Shown here piece after piece: positions 18,389 to 27,526 of a stretch of 32,000 bases of DNA. Position 1 is the first letter of the stretch. Every line of letters begins with the position of its first letter. This DNA is from Desulfotalea psychrophila LSv54. GTDB lineage: Bacteria > Desulfobacterota > Desulfobulbia > Desulfobulbales > Desulfocapsaceae. The translations under genes were made by a program, and so were the position numbers. Location of the stretch: NCBI RefSeq assembly GCF_000025945.1, contig NC_006138.1:2790001-2822000 (forward strand), given 5' to 3'. The notes beneath the pieces were generated by a model. The model saw only the letters and a program-made list of their open reading frames with translations. It did not search any database and was not told the origin of the DNA.

Positions 18389-19459
18389 CTACATGCGTTT
18401 GAAAAGTTCAAGGGTTCTCTCTCGGGTCATGATGTTTTTCCAATCAGATCCAAGGCAGTTCTCCCAGAGAGGCACAAGATTAAGGGCGGTGGTAACCATC
18501 AGGTCAAGGGAGGCATCGTCCATTCCCTTGGTGAGATTACGGGGCAGGGAAATCTCGTGTTTATCCATCATCTGCCTGAACTCTTTCACCCCTGCAGGGT
18601 AAATTTCATCGAGATAATCAAAGGTAATACAACAGCCGATACCATGATGGGTGCCCAACACATAGGAGAGTCCATAGGAGAGGGCATGGCAGGCGCCAAC
18701 CTGACTATAGGCAATACTCATACCACCAAAATAGGAAGCCATCATCAGCTTATCACCCTGTGCTGAATCATTCTCGCCGAGGAAGACTTCACGACAGAGA
18801 TCAATGGATTTTTCCCCATAGGACTTACTGAACTGATTAATGAAGGTTCCATTAAGAGATTCCACATCATGAATATAACAGTCCATACCGGTATAAAACC
18901 ACTGCTCCTTAGGCACTCCGGCAAGAAGATCCGGATCAAGCATGATCTGATCAAAGAGGGTGTAGTCAGAGTTGATACCGAGCTTTTTATCCGGTCCTGT
19001 CAGGATAGCAGTTCGGGAAATTTCCGCACCGGTTCCGGCGATGGTTGGTACGGCAACGTGATAAACAGCACGGTTCTGAATAATATCCCAACCCTGATAA
19101 TCCGCAGAGGAGCCAGGATTATTAAGCATAAGAGATACTGCCTTGGCAATATCCAGGGTAGAACCACCACCAAGACCAATGATACCATCCGGGGTAACAT
19201 CGCTATAGGCTCTGATCTGGGCAACAAGGGCATCGATATAGGTGGTCTTCGGCTCATCGGCAACGTTCACCCGCAAGAGAAGGTCTTTTCCTTCCATGGG
19301 CAAACGGCCTTCAAGTGGTTTGTCGGTGAAAACATCATCGATGACAAAAACCATATAACCGCCATCGGTCACACGCTTCTCCTTAAGCACATCACCAAGT
19401 TGATTCAAAGAACCACGGCCAAATATAATCCTGGGAACAATTGCAAAATTTCTATACAT
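18389..19459 (-). CDS. Iron-containing alcohol dehydrogenase, KdnB (3-deoxy-manno-octulosonate 8-oxidase)-like
   Basis: 356 aa; GIIGLGGGSTLDIAKAVSLML, YQGWDIIQNRAVYHVAVPTIAGTGAEISRTAIL, GACHALSYGLSYVLGTHHGIGCCI. The Fe-ADH family is clear; the KdnB subfamily is from recall. Confidence 0.85.
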   Translation of the reverse strand: MYRNFAIVPRIIFGRGSLNQLGDVLKEKRVTDGGYMVFVIDDVFTDKPLEGRLPMEGKDLLLRVNVADEPKTTYIDALVAQIRAYSDVTPDGIIGLGGGSTLDIAKAVSLMLNNPGSSADYQGWDIIQNRAVYHVAVPTIAGTGAEISRTAILTGPDKKLGINSDYTLFDQIMLDPDLLAGVPKEQWFYTGMDCYIHDVESLNGTFINQFSKSYGEKSIDLCREVFLGENDSAQGDKLMMASYFGGMSIAYSQVGACHALSYGLSYVLGTHHGIGCCITFDYLDEIYPAGVKEFRQMMDKHEISLPRNLTKGMDDASLDLMVTTALNLVPLWENCLGSDWKNIMTRERTLELFKRM

Positions 19460-19635
19460 TTATAACCTCATTATTAATGGATCACGATACAATGCTACAT
19501 TGTAGCATCAACGGATAATTTTTTACTGCGCCTAGACAAACTCTGTGAGAAGTCAGCTAGTTTGCAAGTATATTTTTGCACTCAAAAACAAATCTTCGCC
19601 TATACTCTATAACCATATATACAGAAAAAGCTAAA

Positions 19636-20475
19636 TTATTTAAGAGAAAAATCAACCAACATGGGATTATGATCAGAACTTTTTGCAGGGAGGACCTTAG
19701 AGGCAAGAACAGTCAGGCCACGACTGTAGACATGGTCTAAATTACGGCCAAAAACCGAAATGCGCTTATCATCGCTGAATATTACCGGTGCAAGGTCAAG
19801 GTCTGCGGCAAAGGCATCGACCACCTCCTGTCTCCTCTCGGACCAGGTATTAAAATCTCCAGCAACAACAATGGGGCCACTGTGATGAACAAGTACCTGA
19901 TAAATTTTTTCCAACTGACGAGAGTAGCCCTCCACCCCCAGACTGAAATTCACCAGATGGAGATTAACAAAGAGCAGATCTTGCTCCCCGTTCAACGAAT
20001 AACGACTCAGCAACGCTGTCTTAGGCAAACCGATAATGGATTCTTCCTCACGGAGCAGGCAACTCTCCTGCGGAGAGGCCTGAGAGGCAGTGACAACCCC
20101 TGAATCTGCCCCCTCATAGGAAAAGGCCTGGGCCTGCTGCCATGCCATATCCCTCTCTGTTAAACTTCCAGCCAGTTCACTGGTCAAGGCCCCCTCCTGC
20201 AGGGCGACGAGGTCGGCATCACCGGCAAAGGTAGCTAGCTCTTTTTCCCAACCCGGCTTCTGTTCTTTATATATATTCCAGACAAGCAGACGGAAGGAGT
20301 CTCCAGACAGATCACCAACATTTTTCTCTGAGCTGCGGGCTGAAAAACTCCCTGCAACACAGGACTGAACCTCTGGGTGAACTATTGTCTGGGGCAGGGC
20401 AATGGCACCGGTATAGACGGCAAGCAAAAGACAAAAAGAGAGCACTATTGAGCCGCTAAGACATATTTTTTTCAA
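19636..20475 (-). CDS. Secreted endonuclease/exonuclease/phosphatase-family protein
   Basis: 279 aa; signal peptide; RLLVWNIYKEQKPGW, DLVALQEG, LLFVNLHLVNFS, GPIVVAGDFNTWSERR, LDHVYSRGL, SSDHNPMLVDFSL. Confidence 0.9.
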   Translation of the reverse strand: MKKICLSGSIVLSFCLLLAVYTGAIALPQTIVHPEVQSCVAGSFSARSSEKNVGDLSGDSFRLLVWNIYKEQKPGWEKELATFAGDADLVALQEGALTSELAGSLTERDMAWQQAQAFSYEGADSGVVTASQASPQESCLLREEESIIGLPKTALLSRYSLNGEQDLLFVNLHLVNFSLGVEGYSRQLEKIYQVLVHHSGPIVVAGDFNTWSERRQEVVDAFAADLDLAPVIFSDDKRISVFGRNLDHVYSRGLTVLASKVLPAKSSDHNPMLVDFSLK

Positions 20476-20830
20476 GAAAACTCCTCCTGGTAGAGGGCAG
20501 ACAAAAACGGCCCCTTTTTTCCCAACTCACAATCGTTCCCTACTACGCATTAAAACCGCAGCTCTCTCACCACGAAAAGCGCACAAACACAACGAGGTAA
20601 AACAATAAGCACGATATCGTCATAAATAAATTAAAAAACTTCCTTAATATTTAACCATGACTAAGGTATTCACACTATGAGAAGCCACCATGGGGACGTT
20701 TCAGAGATAGCCTCCGATATGAACAGTGCCAGAATCATATGCCTCGCAATCGGGGCTGCTCCTTATAAGAATTACCGTTTCAAACCAACCCACAGCAAGA
20801 TTAGCAAAAGTCTCAACCAGGATAAGCCCA

Positions 20831-21487
20831 ATGAATATACTCTTTGACCTCGACGGAACCCTTACCGATTCCAGTGACGGAATTACCCGCTGCATCCAAC
20901 ACGCCCTCACAGAACTTGGCCATCCTGCCCCTCCCAAGGAGGAGCTGTTTGCCTGTATTGGCCCACCACTCATCCACAGTTTTCTCAATCGACTGGGAGT
21001 AAAGGAGGAGAAGGATGCCCTACGCGCCGTAGCGATCTACCGGGAACGCTATACAAGAATCGGTTGCTTTGAAAACAGACTCTATCCAAATATTGAAGAG
21101 ATCCTTGAAGAGCTCAAATCTGCGGGGCACCAACTCTTTGTGGCAACGGCTAAGCCGCAACCACAGGTAGCCCCGATCCTTGACCATTTCCAGATTATCT
21201 CTTTTTTTAGCGGAATCTACGGCGCTCACCCCGATGGCAGACATACAGACAAGACAGAGCTCATCGCCTCCATAATAGAGAGAGAGCAGATCGACCCAAA
21301 AAATACGGTGATGATCGGAGACAGGGAGTACGATATGCTTGGGGCAAGAAATAATAGGGTGGGAGCAATTGGAGCCAACTACGGCTACGGCTCCGCCCAA
21401 GAGCTGAAGAAATCCGGGGCCCAATACCTGGTGGAGAATGCCGGCGACATCCCCGCCTGCATCGCCGGATTGAACCTGCCCCTCTGA
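20831..21487 (+). CDS. HAD hydrolase, phosphoglycolate phosphatase-like
   Basis: MNILFDLDGTLTDSSDGITRCIQHALTELG..., LFVATAKPQPQ, DPKNTVMIGDREYDMLGARNNRVGAIGANYGYGS. Start at 20831 places the DxDGT motif near the N-terminus. Confidence 0.92.
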   Translation: MNILFDLDGTLTDSSDGITRCIQHALTELGHPAPPKEELFACIGPPLIHSFLNRLGVKEEKDALRAVAIYRERYTRIGCFENRLYPNIEEILEELKSAGHQLFVATAKPQPQVAPILDHFQIISFFSGIYGAHPDGRHTDKTELIASIIEREQIDPKNTVMIGDREYDMLGARNNRVGAIGANYGYGSAQELKKSGAQYLVENAGDIPACIAGLNLPL

Positions 21488-21501
21488 TAATTTTCAAGCC
21501 T

Positions 21502-21556
21502 CCTCCACCTAAGGGTGGAGGCGAGCCCGGAAATGGCCGGGGCGGATTCGCCCCGG
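21502..21556. terminator. Two tandem GC-rich hairpins after the HAD gene
   Basis: cctccacc (21502-21509)/ggtggagg (21514-21521) and ccggggcg (21537-21544)-gatt-cgccccgg (21549-21556), both perfect. No clear T-tract. Confidence 0.5.
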
Positions 21557-21760
21557 GGATCTCCAAGCCACACCCAACCTATCATCCCCAGACCCGCCAA
21601 GACGCCTAATACGAAAAACAGCTAAACCACTAAATCTACACCTTTTTCATGGACAGAAGAAACCTTCCTGTGATACCATCTTTACGACAGGCAGCTCCAT
21701 CTATTTCCATCAAGACCGGGTGCTCTTTCGCCTGCCTCAAACCAGCGATAAGGAGAAAGT
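21556..21760 (+). promoter_or_regulatory. Conserved autotransporter leader, copy 1
   Basis: ...gatctccaagccacacccaacct.tcatccccagacccgccaagac...gataccatctttacgacaggcagc...catctatttccatcaagaccgg.tgctctttcgcctgcc...ccagcgataaggagaaagt upstream of ATG 21761; recurs before genes 2 and 3. Confidence 0.75.
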
Positions 21761-24700
21761 ATGAAGGATGTAGAGAGACGAGGACGGAGAAAGGTCTATG
21801 CCACCAAGAGTGCCCTGGCGGGCCTGCTGGCCCTGAGCATGGGAGCAACCAACGCCTGGGCAGGAGTTACCATCGGAGAGGGAGGAGCGGGGAGATGGGA
21901 TGAGCCATTTTATTATGCCCTCGCCACCGCCCCGGCGACAACGAGAACTGCCATCACTCATGGCAAGCCAGGAGCCCCTAATATAAAAAAGATGGCTGGT
22001 TCCGAGCCATTTCTCACCGGGATAAGAGTTGAGAGTGGTAGCCTCGACAATGAGGGAGAGATCAGGCTCTACTTCAGGAATGAAAAGGGATCTATCAGCC
22101 TCATTGGCATTATAGGCGACACCAGCCGGAACGGGGCAGACGTTGAGCTGGGGGCCGAGGGCGGCACGGCCACCTCCGCCACCGTCAAAGCCAAATCCTT
22201 CGCCTACACCTACGCCTGCGGCATACAGGGTGAGGTGGGGGACAATGAGGGCAAGATAAACATCACCGCTCAGAGCGGCACCGCCGAAGCCAACGCCGCC
22301 AAAGCCAAAACCTCCGCCTACGCCCACGCCCACGCCCACGCCTACGGAATAAGGGGTAGGGTAGGAGACAATATTGGTCACATAGAGCTCAAAGCCCTAG
22401 GCGGCAAGGCCACCGCCAAGACTACCGGCACCGCCTACGCCAATGCCTCCGCCTACGCCTACGGCATAGTGAGTAATGTGACAAACAATAGTGGGGAGAT
22501 GGAGCTCAGGGCTCAGGGCGGCACCACCAACGCCACCGCCCTCGCCAAAGCCTCCGCCTACGCCCACGCCCGTGCCCACGGAATAATGCATGGGGTGGGA
22601 AGCAATGAGGGCAAAATGACCATCACCGCTCAAGGCGGTGAGGCCGAAGCTACCGCCGCCGAAACCAACGGTCGTGTCGGCGCCACCGCCGGCGCCATCG
22701 GCATATCAGGTACGGTGGGAAACAATGAGGGCAAGATGACCATCAGAGCTACGGGCGGCAAGACCAACGGTCACGGCTACAGCTCCTCCTACGCCTACGC
22801 CGCCGGCATAAATGGTAAGGTAGGAGACAATATTGGTCATATGGAAATCAGGGCTGAGGGCGGCACGGCCACCGCCAAAGCTACCGGCACCGCCGACGCC
22901 CTGGCCTACGCCCTATCCTCCGCCCACGGCATAAAGGGTAATGTGGCAAACAATAATGGGGAAATGGAGATCAGGGCTGAGGGCGGCAAGGCCACCGCCA
23001 AGACTACCGCCAACGCGACCACCCTCGCCCTCGCCAACACCAACGCCACAGCCTACGGCATAGAGGGTCAGGTGGGAAGCAATAAGGGCAAGATGACCAT
23101 CATTGCTCAGAGCGGTAAGGCCGAAGCCACCGCCGCCAAAGCCGAAGCCTATGCCTACGCCCACGCCTGCGGCATAAAGGGTGGGGTGGGAAGCAGTAGT
23201 GGTAATATTACTGTTAGGGCAACGGGTGGTAGCGCCATTGCTACCTCCACTGCGACTGCCATTGCTAATGCCAAAGCCTATGGTATGCAGAGTTCGGTTG
23301 CAGATTTAGTAAATACGGGGGCCATAGAGGTGGTGGCACGGGCGGGACGATATTCCACCGACGGTGGAACAACCTATCACAGTGATTCCGCTACCGCCTA
23401 TGGGGTCTATTTTAATGGATTGGAGGAAAGCTCTCTTGATTCCCGTGCTCTTATTTCAGTGAGCGCCCTGCCGGCACAGGATGAGGCGGGTAAGGCAATA
23501 GCCTTAGGCACTGACAAGACTCTCCAGGCCCATCAGGTCTATAGCGGGGGAGACCTAACCATAAAGGGCTATGCCATGAAGTTTAATAACCAGGAGCAGG
23601 TTACTGCTGATTATAAAGGGACTATTGGCGTTGCCGATGGCAAAAGAGTCACCTTTGCCCCCGATGCACAAGTCTATGCCTTCATCGATAATGATTTTGG
23701 CACGGTGCCCAATTACAGCATACCTATGTTGGTTGAGGGGGAAACGCGTAACTACAATCAATTCTCCGTGGCCCAGCTTGTCGTCAGTAGCCCGGACTAT
23801 AGTATATCTTTGCTTGACGGCAATGGCGGAACACTTCAGCAACTGGCCATCGCCTACGTCCCCAAAGTTTCCACCCCCCTGGTCACGGCCCAGGTCAACC
23901 AAAAGATGCTGACCAGTGGCACCACCATTGTAGAAAAGAGCTCTTTATCGCCTATGCTTGCCATGATGGAGAGGAGTAATCCTCGCGCTTCGGCCTACGA
24001 CGGTGTTCTTCTGGCCAGCACATCACCTATCCTGACTGTCCCTGATATGGAGATTTTACCCCAAAAAAGGGGCTGGGCCTTTGCCATGCCCTATTATAGT
24101 AATGTGAGTAATAACGCCTCGCCCATGGGCTATGATGCCGATATTTATGGAGCCACAGCTGGATATAACCACTGGATAGATTCTGATCTCATCCTCGGTT
24201 TTCATGCTGGTTATGGTTCCGGTGATATTAATTATACGGGCAAGGGCTATGAGCAGAAGAAGGAGAATCTTAAGGCTGGATCCCTCGGGGTGCAAAGCCT
24301 GTATCGTTTTGCTGATGACTGGTTGTTACAGAGCATAGCCTCCTTTTATTATAGCAGTAACGATTATAGCGATAATAACCCGCTCAACCGGGAGCAGGGC
24401 GACTACCATGGCTACGGGGTGAATGCCAAGCTTGACCTTGACTATGTCTTCAGTTTTATCAATAACCGCCTGATACCCAGTGTGGGGCTGCGCTATCTCT
24501 GGCAGCACGTCGATAGCTATACCGCTTATAATCTGGACAACGCCGATGTGAACTACGGTGATATGGATGAGAATCAGCTCTATGCCAGCCTGGGCCTTGA
24601 TTGGTACGGTGATTACCAGACGGAATCAAATTGGCAGATAGTGCCCAGTCTCGGCCTGGGCATCGAGCAGGCCCTCACCGATAACGAATTTGGCAACAGC

Positions 24701-24880
24701 ATGGGAGTGGGAAGTGTCATCATTCCGGTGACAAACTCAATGGATAAGACCTCTGTCTCCGCCCGGGCCTCCATTGAGTTTGTTAAGGATTCCTATGCGC
24801 TGAGCGCTGGATATGCTGGAGCCTATTCGAGTGACACCAAGAACAGCTCCTTCTATCTGCAGATGAAGTATTTCTTTTAA
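21761..24880 (+). CDS. Autotransporter-like outer-membrane protein 1 (repeat passenger plus C-terminal beta-barrel)
   Basis: 1039 aa; signal region MKDVERRGRRKVYATKSALAGLLALSMGATNAWA; about 10 GIxGxVGxNxGxM repeats; barrel ending ...NSSFYLQMKYFF with terminal Phe. Confidence 0.87.
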   Translation: MKDVERRGRRKVYATKSALAGLLALSMGATNAWAGVTIGEGGAGRWDEPFYYALATAPATTRTAITHGKPGAPNIKKMAGSEPFLTGIRVESGSLDNEGEIRLYFRNEKGSISLIGIIGDTSRNGADVELGAEGGTATSATVKAKSFAYTYACGIQGEVGDNEGKINITAQSGTAEANAAKAKTSAYAHAHAHAYGIRGRVGDNIGHIELKALGGKATAKTTGTAYANASAYAYGIVSNVTNNSGEMELRAQGGTTNATALAKASAYAHARAHGIMHGVGSNEGKMTITAQGGEAEATAAETNGRVGATAGAIGISGTVGNNEGKMTIRATGGKTNGHGYSSSYAYAAGINGKVGDNIGHMEIRAEGGTATAKATGTADALAYALSSAHGIKGNVANNNGEMEIRAEGGKATAKTTANATTLALANTNATAYGIEGQVGSNKGKMTIIAQSGKAEATAAKAEAYAYAHACGIKGGVGSSSGNITVRATGGSAIATSTATAIANAKAYGMQSSVADLVNTGAIEVVARAGRYSTDGGTTYHSDSATAYGVYFNGLEESSLDSRALISVSALPAQDEAGKAIALGTDKTLQAHQVYSGGDLTIKGYAMKFNNQEQVTADYKGTIGVADGKRVTFAPDAQVYAFIDNDFGTVPNYSIPMLVEGETRNYNQFSVAQLVVSSPDYSISLLDGNGGTLQQLAIAYVPKVSTPLVTAQVNQKMLTSGTTIVEKSSLSPMLAMMERSNPRASAYDGVLLASTSPILTVPDMEILPQKRGWAFAMPYYSNVSNNASPMGYDADIYGATAGYNHWIDSDLILGFHAGYGSGDINYTGKGYEQKKENLKAGSLGVQSLYRFADDWLLQSIASFYYSSNDYSDNNPLNREQGDYHGYGVNAKLDLDYVFSFINNRLIPSVGLRYLWQHVDSYTAYNLDNADVNYGDMDENQLYASLGLDWYGDYQTESNWQIVPSLGLGIEQALTDNEFGNSMGVGSVIIPVTNSMDKTSVSARASIEFVKDSYALSAGYAGAYSSDTKNSSFYLQMKYFF
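22195..23335 (+). repeat. Passenger repeat array in gene 1 (nine canonical plus one divergent unit)
   Basis: Units beginning GIQGEVGDNEGKI, GIRGRVGDNIGHI, GIVSNVTNNSGEM, GIMHGVGSNEGKM, GISGTVGNNEGKM, GINGKVGDNIGHM, GIKGNVANNNGEM, GIEGQVGSNKGKM, GIKGGVGSSSGNI, then GMQSSVADLVNTGAI, with Ala/Thr/Tyr-rich linkers. Confidence 0.9.
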
Positions 24881-24883
24881 AAA

Positions 24884-24911
24884 ATGCCCGGGAAAGATTC
24901 TCCCCGGGCAT
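24884..24911. terminator. 9-bp perfect hairpin after autotransporter gene 1
   Basis: atgcccggg (24884-24892) / cccgggcat (24903-24911), 4 nt after the stop codon; no T-tract on the plus strand. Confidence 0.5.
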
Positions 24912-25120
24912 CTCCAAGCCACACCCAACCTGTCATCCCCAGACCCGCCAAGACTCCTGATGCGAGAAACAGCTAAGCCATTAGATCTCCACATTTTTTT
25001 GTAGACAACAGAAACCTTCCTATGATACCATCTTTACGACAGGCAGCGCCATCGCTCCATCTATTTCCATCAAGACCGGCTGCTCTTTCGCCTGCCCCCA
25101 AGCCACCGACGAGGAGAACT
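24901..25120 (+). promoter_or_regulatory. Conserved autotransporter leader, copy 2
   Basis: ggcatctccaagccacacccaacctgtcatccccagacccgccaagactcc...gaaaccttcctatgataccatctttacgacaggcagc...catctatttccatcaagaccgg. Confidence 0.78.
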
Positions 25121-27286
25121 ATGAAGGATGCAGAGAAGCGAGACGGCAGAAAAGTCTATGCCACCAGGAGTGCCCTGGCGGGCCTGCTCGCCCTGAGCAT
25201 GGGAGCAACCAACGCCTGGGCGGGTGTCACTTTCGCCGAGAAAGGAGGAGACGGGACAGATAAAAATCCATTTTACTATGCCCTCGCCACCGGCACAGCG
25301 ATAAATACGACCCCAATCAAGCATGGCACACCAGCAGGCCCCATGACAAGGAATGGCGGTGATATTTTCATTTACGGAATAAAGATCACGGGTGGCAACC
25401 TCGACAATAAGGGAGAGATCAGGATCCACTCCAAAAATGACACGGGTTCGACCAATCTCCTTGCTATTAAGAGCACTGGTGATGCCAGTAGCACAATTCA
25501 GAACGAGGCGAACATTGAACTGGAGGCCAAGGGCGGTTCCTCCACCTCCTCCTCCAGCGCCTACACCTTCGGCATAATGGGTGAGATAACAAGGAATGAG
25601 GGCAATATGACCATCAGATCTACGGGCGGCACGCTCACCGCCGCCTCCGCTGAGGCCTCTGCCGAAGCCGGCGCTGCCGGCATAGGCAGCTATGGTGATC
25701 TCTACAATCAGGGGCGGATAGAGGTGGTGGCCCAGGCAGGCCGATACTCCGCCGACGGTGGGGCAACCTATCAGAGTGATTCCGCTACGGCCTTGGGTAT
25801 TCTTTTTGCAAGGGAAGGAACCCTTGATTCCCGTGCTCCCATCGCTGTTCAGGCCAGAGGGGCAACGAATACAGCGGACAGTGAGAGATCCATTTTCAGC
25901 GGCACAGAGGAACTGAAAAGTGGAAAATTCCTTCGGGCCTATCAAGTGCTCACCTATAGTGCATTGACAATCAAAGGTTACTCCATGGTCTTTAACAACC
26001 AGGAGGAGGTGGACGAGCACTATCGGGGAGCCATCGGCACAATAGGCGACGGTACGGCAACATTTGCCCCCGATGCCGTCCTCTATGTCTTCACCGACAA
26101 TAACTTTGCCAAGGCAACAACTTACAAAATCCCCACCCTGGTGGAAGATGCGGCCATCAGCGATCAATTTACCTCGGCCCAACTGGCCCTGACCAGTCCC
26201 GACTACAGGGCCAACCTGGTGGATGGAGATGGCAAAAAACTCCAGCAACTGGCCATCGCCTACGCCCCCGAGGTTTCCACTCCCCTGGTCTCAGCACAGG
26301 TCAATCAAAAGATACTGGCCAGTGGCACCACCATTGTAAGGGCGAGCTCGTTATCGCCTATGCTTGCCAAGATGGAGAGGAGTAATCCTCGCGCTTCGGC
26401 CTACGATGGTGTTCTTCTTGCCAGCACATCACCTGTCCTGGCTGTCCCTGATATGGAGATTTTACCCCAAAAAAGGGGCTGGGCCTTTGCCATGCCCTAT
26501 TATAGTAATGTGAGTAACAACGCCTCGCCCATGGGCTATGATGCCGATATTTATGGGGCCACGGCTGGATATAACCACTGGATAGACTCTGATCTCATCC
26601 TCGGTTTTCATGCTGGTTATGGTTCCGGTGATATTAATTATACGGGCAAGGGCTATGAGCAGAAGAAGGAGAATCTTAAGGCTGGATCCCTCGGGGTGCA
26701 AAGCCTGTATCGTTTTGCTGATGACTGGTTGTTACAGAGCATAGCCTCCTTTTATTATAGCAGTAACGATTATAGCGATAATAACCCGCTCAACCGGGAG
26801 CAGGGCGACTACCATGGCTACGGGGTGAATGCCAATCTTGACCTTGACTATGTCTTTAGTTTTACCAATAATCGCCTGGTACCCAGTGTAGGCCTGCGCT
26901 ATCTCTGGCAGCACGTCGATAGCTATACCGCTTATAATCTGGACAACGCCGATGTGAACTACGGTGATATGGATGAGAATCAGCTCTATGCCAACCTGGG
27001 CCTTGATTGGTACGGTGATTATCGCACGGAATCGAATTGGCAGATAGTGCCAAGTTTGGGCTTGGGAGTTGAGCAGGCACTCACCGATAACGAATTTGGC
27101 AACAGCATGGGAGTGGGCAGTATCATCATTCCGGTGACAAACTCAATGGATAAGACCTCTGTCTCCGCCCGGGCCTCCATTGAGTTTGTTAAGGATTCCT
27201 ATGCGCTGAGCGCTGGATATGCTGGAGCCTATTCGAGTGACACCAAGAACAGCTCCTTCTATCTGCAGATGAAGTATTTCTTTTAA
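25121..27286 (+). CDS. Autotransporter-like outer-membrane protein 2 (short passenger)
   Basis: Same signal region (MKDAEKRDGRKVYATRSALAGLLALSMGATNAWA) and same barrel as genes 1 and 3, but only GIMGEITRNEGNM and a divergent IGSYGDLYNQGRI unit. Start at 25121 (after gaggagaact) rather than the track start 25022. Confidence 0.87.
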   Translation: MKDAEKRDGRKVYATRSALAGLLALSMGATNAWAGVTFAEKGGDGTDKNPFYYALATGTAINTTPIKHGTPAGPMTRNGGDIFIYGIKITGGNLDNKGEIRIHSKNDTGSTNLLAIKSTGDASSTIQNEANIELEAKGGSSTSSSSAYTFGIMGEITRNEGNMTIRSTGGTLTAASAEASAEAGAAGIGSYGDLYNQGRIEVVAQAGRYSADGGATYQSDSATALGILFAREGTLDSRAPIAVQARGATNTADSERSIFSGTEELKSGKFLRAYQVLTYSALTIKGYSMVFNNQEEVDEHYRGAIGTIGDGTATFAPDAVLYVFTDNNFAKATTYKIPTLVEDAAISDQFTSAQLALTSPDYRANLVDGDGKKLQQLAIAYAPEVSTPLVSAQVNQKILASGTTIVRASSLSPMLAKMERSNPRASAYDGVLLASTSPVLAVPDMEILPQKRGWAFAMPYYSNVSNNASPMGYDADIYGATAGYNHWIDSDLILGFHAGYGSGDINYTGKGYEQKKENLKAGSLGVQSLYRFADDWLLQSIASFYYSSNDYSDNNPLNREQGDYHGYGVNANLDLDYVFSFTNNRLVPSVGLRYLWQHVDSYTAYNLDNADVNYGDMDENQLYANLGLDWYGDYRTESNWQIVPSLGLGVEQALTDNEFGNSMGVGSIIIPVTNSMDKTSVSARASIEFVKDSYALSAGYAGAYSSDTKNSSFYLQMKYFF

Positions 27287-27290
27287 AAAA

Positions 27291-27526
27291 TGCCCGGGGA
27301 TCCTCCACGCCCCGGCCATCGCCCCTCCCCCTGCCTGCCATCCCAGGACCGCCAGGAACCCTTATGCCCAGGAAAAGCAACTAACTCACCAAGTCTTCAG
27401 ATTTTTTTTAGACAACAGCCCTCCCCCTGTGATACCATTTTCATGACAGGCAGCACCATCATTCCATCTATTTCCATCAAGACCGGCTGCTCTTTCGCCT
27501 GCCGCAAACCAGCGATAAGGAGAACT
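27291..27526 (+). promoter_or_regulatory. Conserved autotransporter leader, copy 3 (more diverged 5' part)
   Basis: ccggggatcctccacgccccgg hairpin, then ...gataccattttcatgacaggcagcaccatcattccatctatttccatcaagaccggctgctctttcgcctgccgcaaaccagcgataaggagaact-ATG. Confidence 0.72.

Noticed and set aside
1-21500. Defence island, toxin-antitoxin, retron or phage module
   Set aside because: No toxin/antitoxin, restriction, reverse transcriptase, Cas or phage structural motifs were found; the accessory content is carbohydrate metabolism plus IS fossils.
25022-25120. N-terminal extension MIPSLRQAAPS... of autotransporter 2, and MPGDPPRPG... (27290-27526) of autotransporter 3
   Set aside because: The homologous leader before gene 1 is in a different frame relative to its ATG, and a good ribosome-binding site (aaggagaa/gaggagaa) directly precedes the conserved MKD start.
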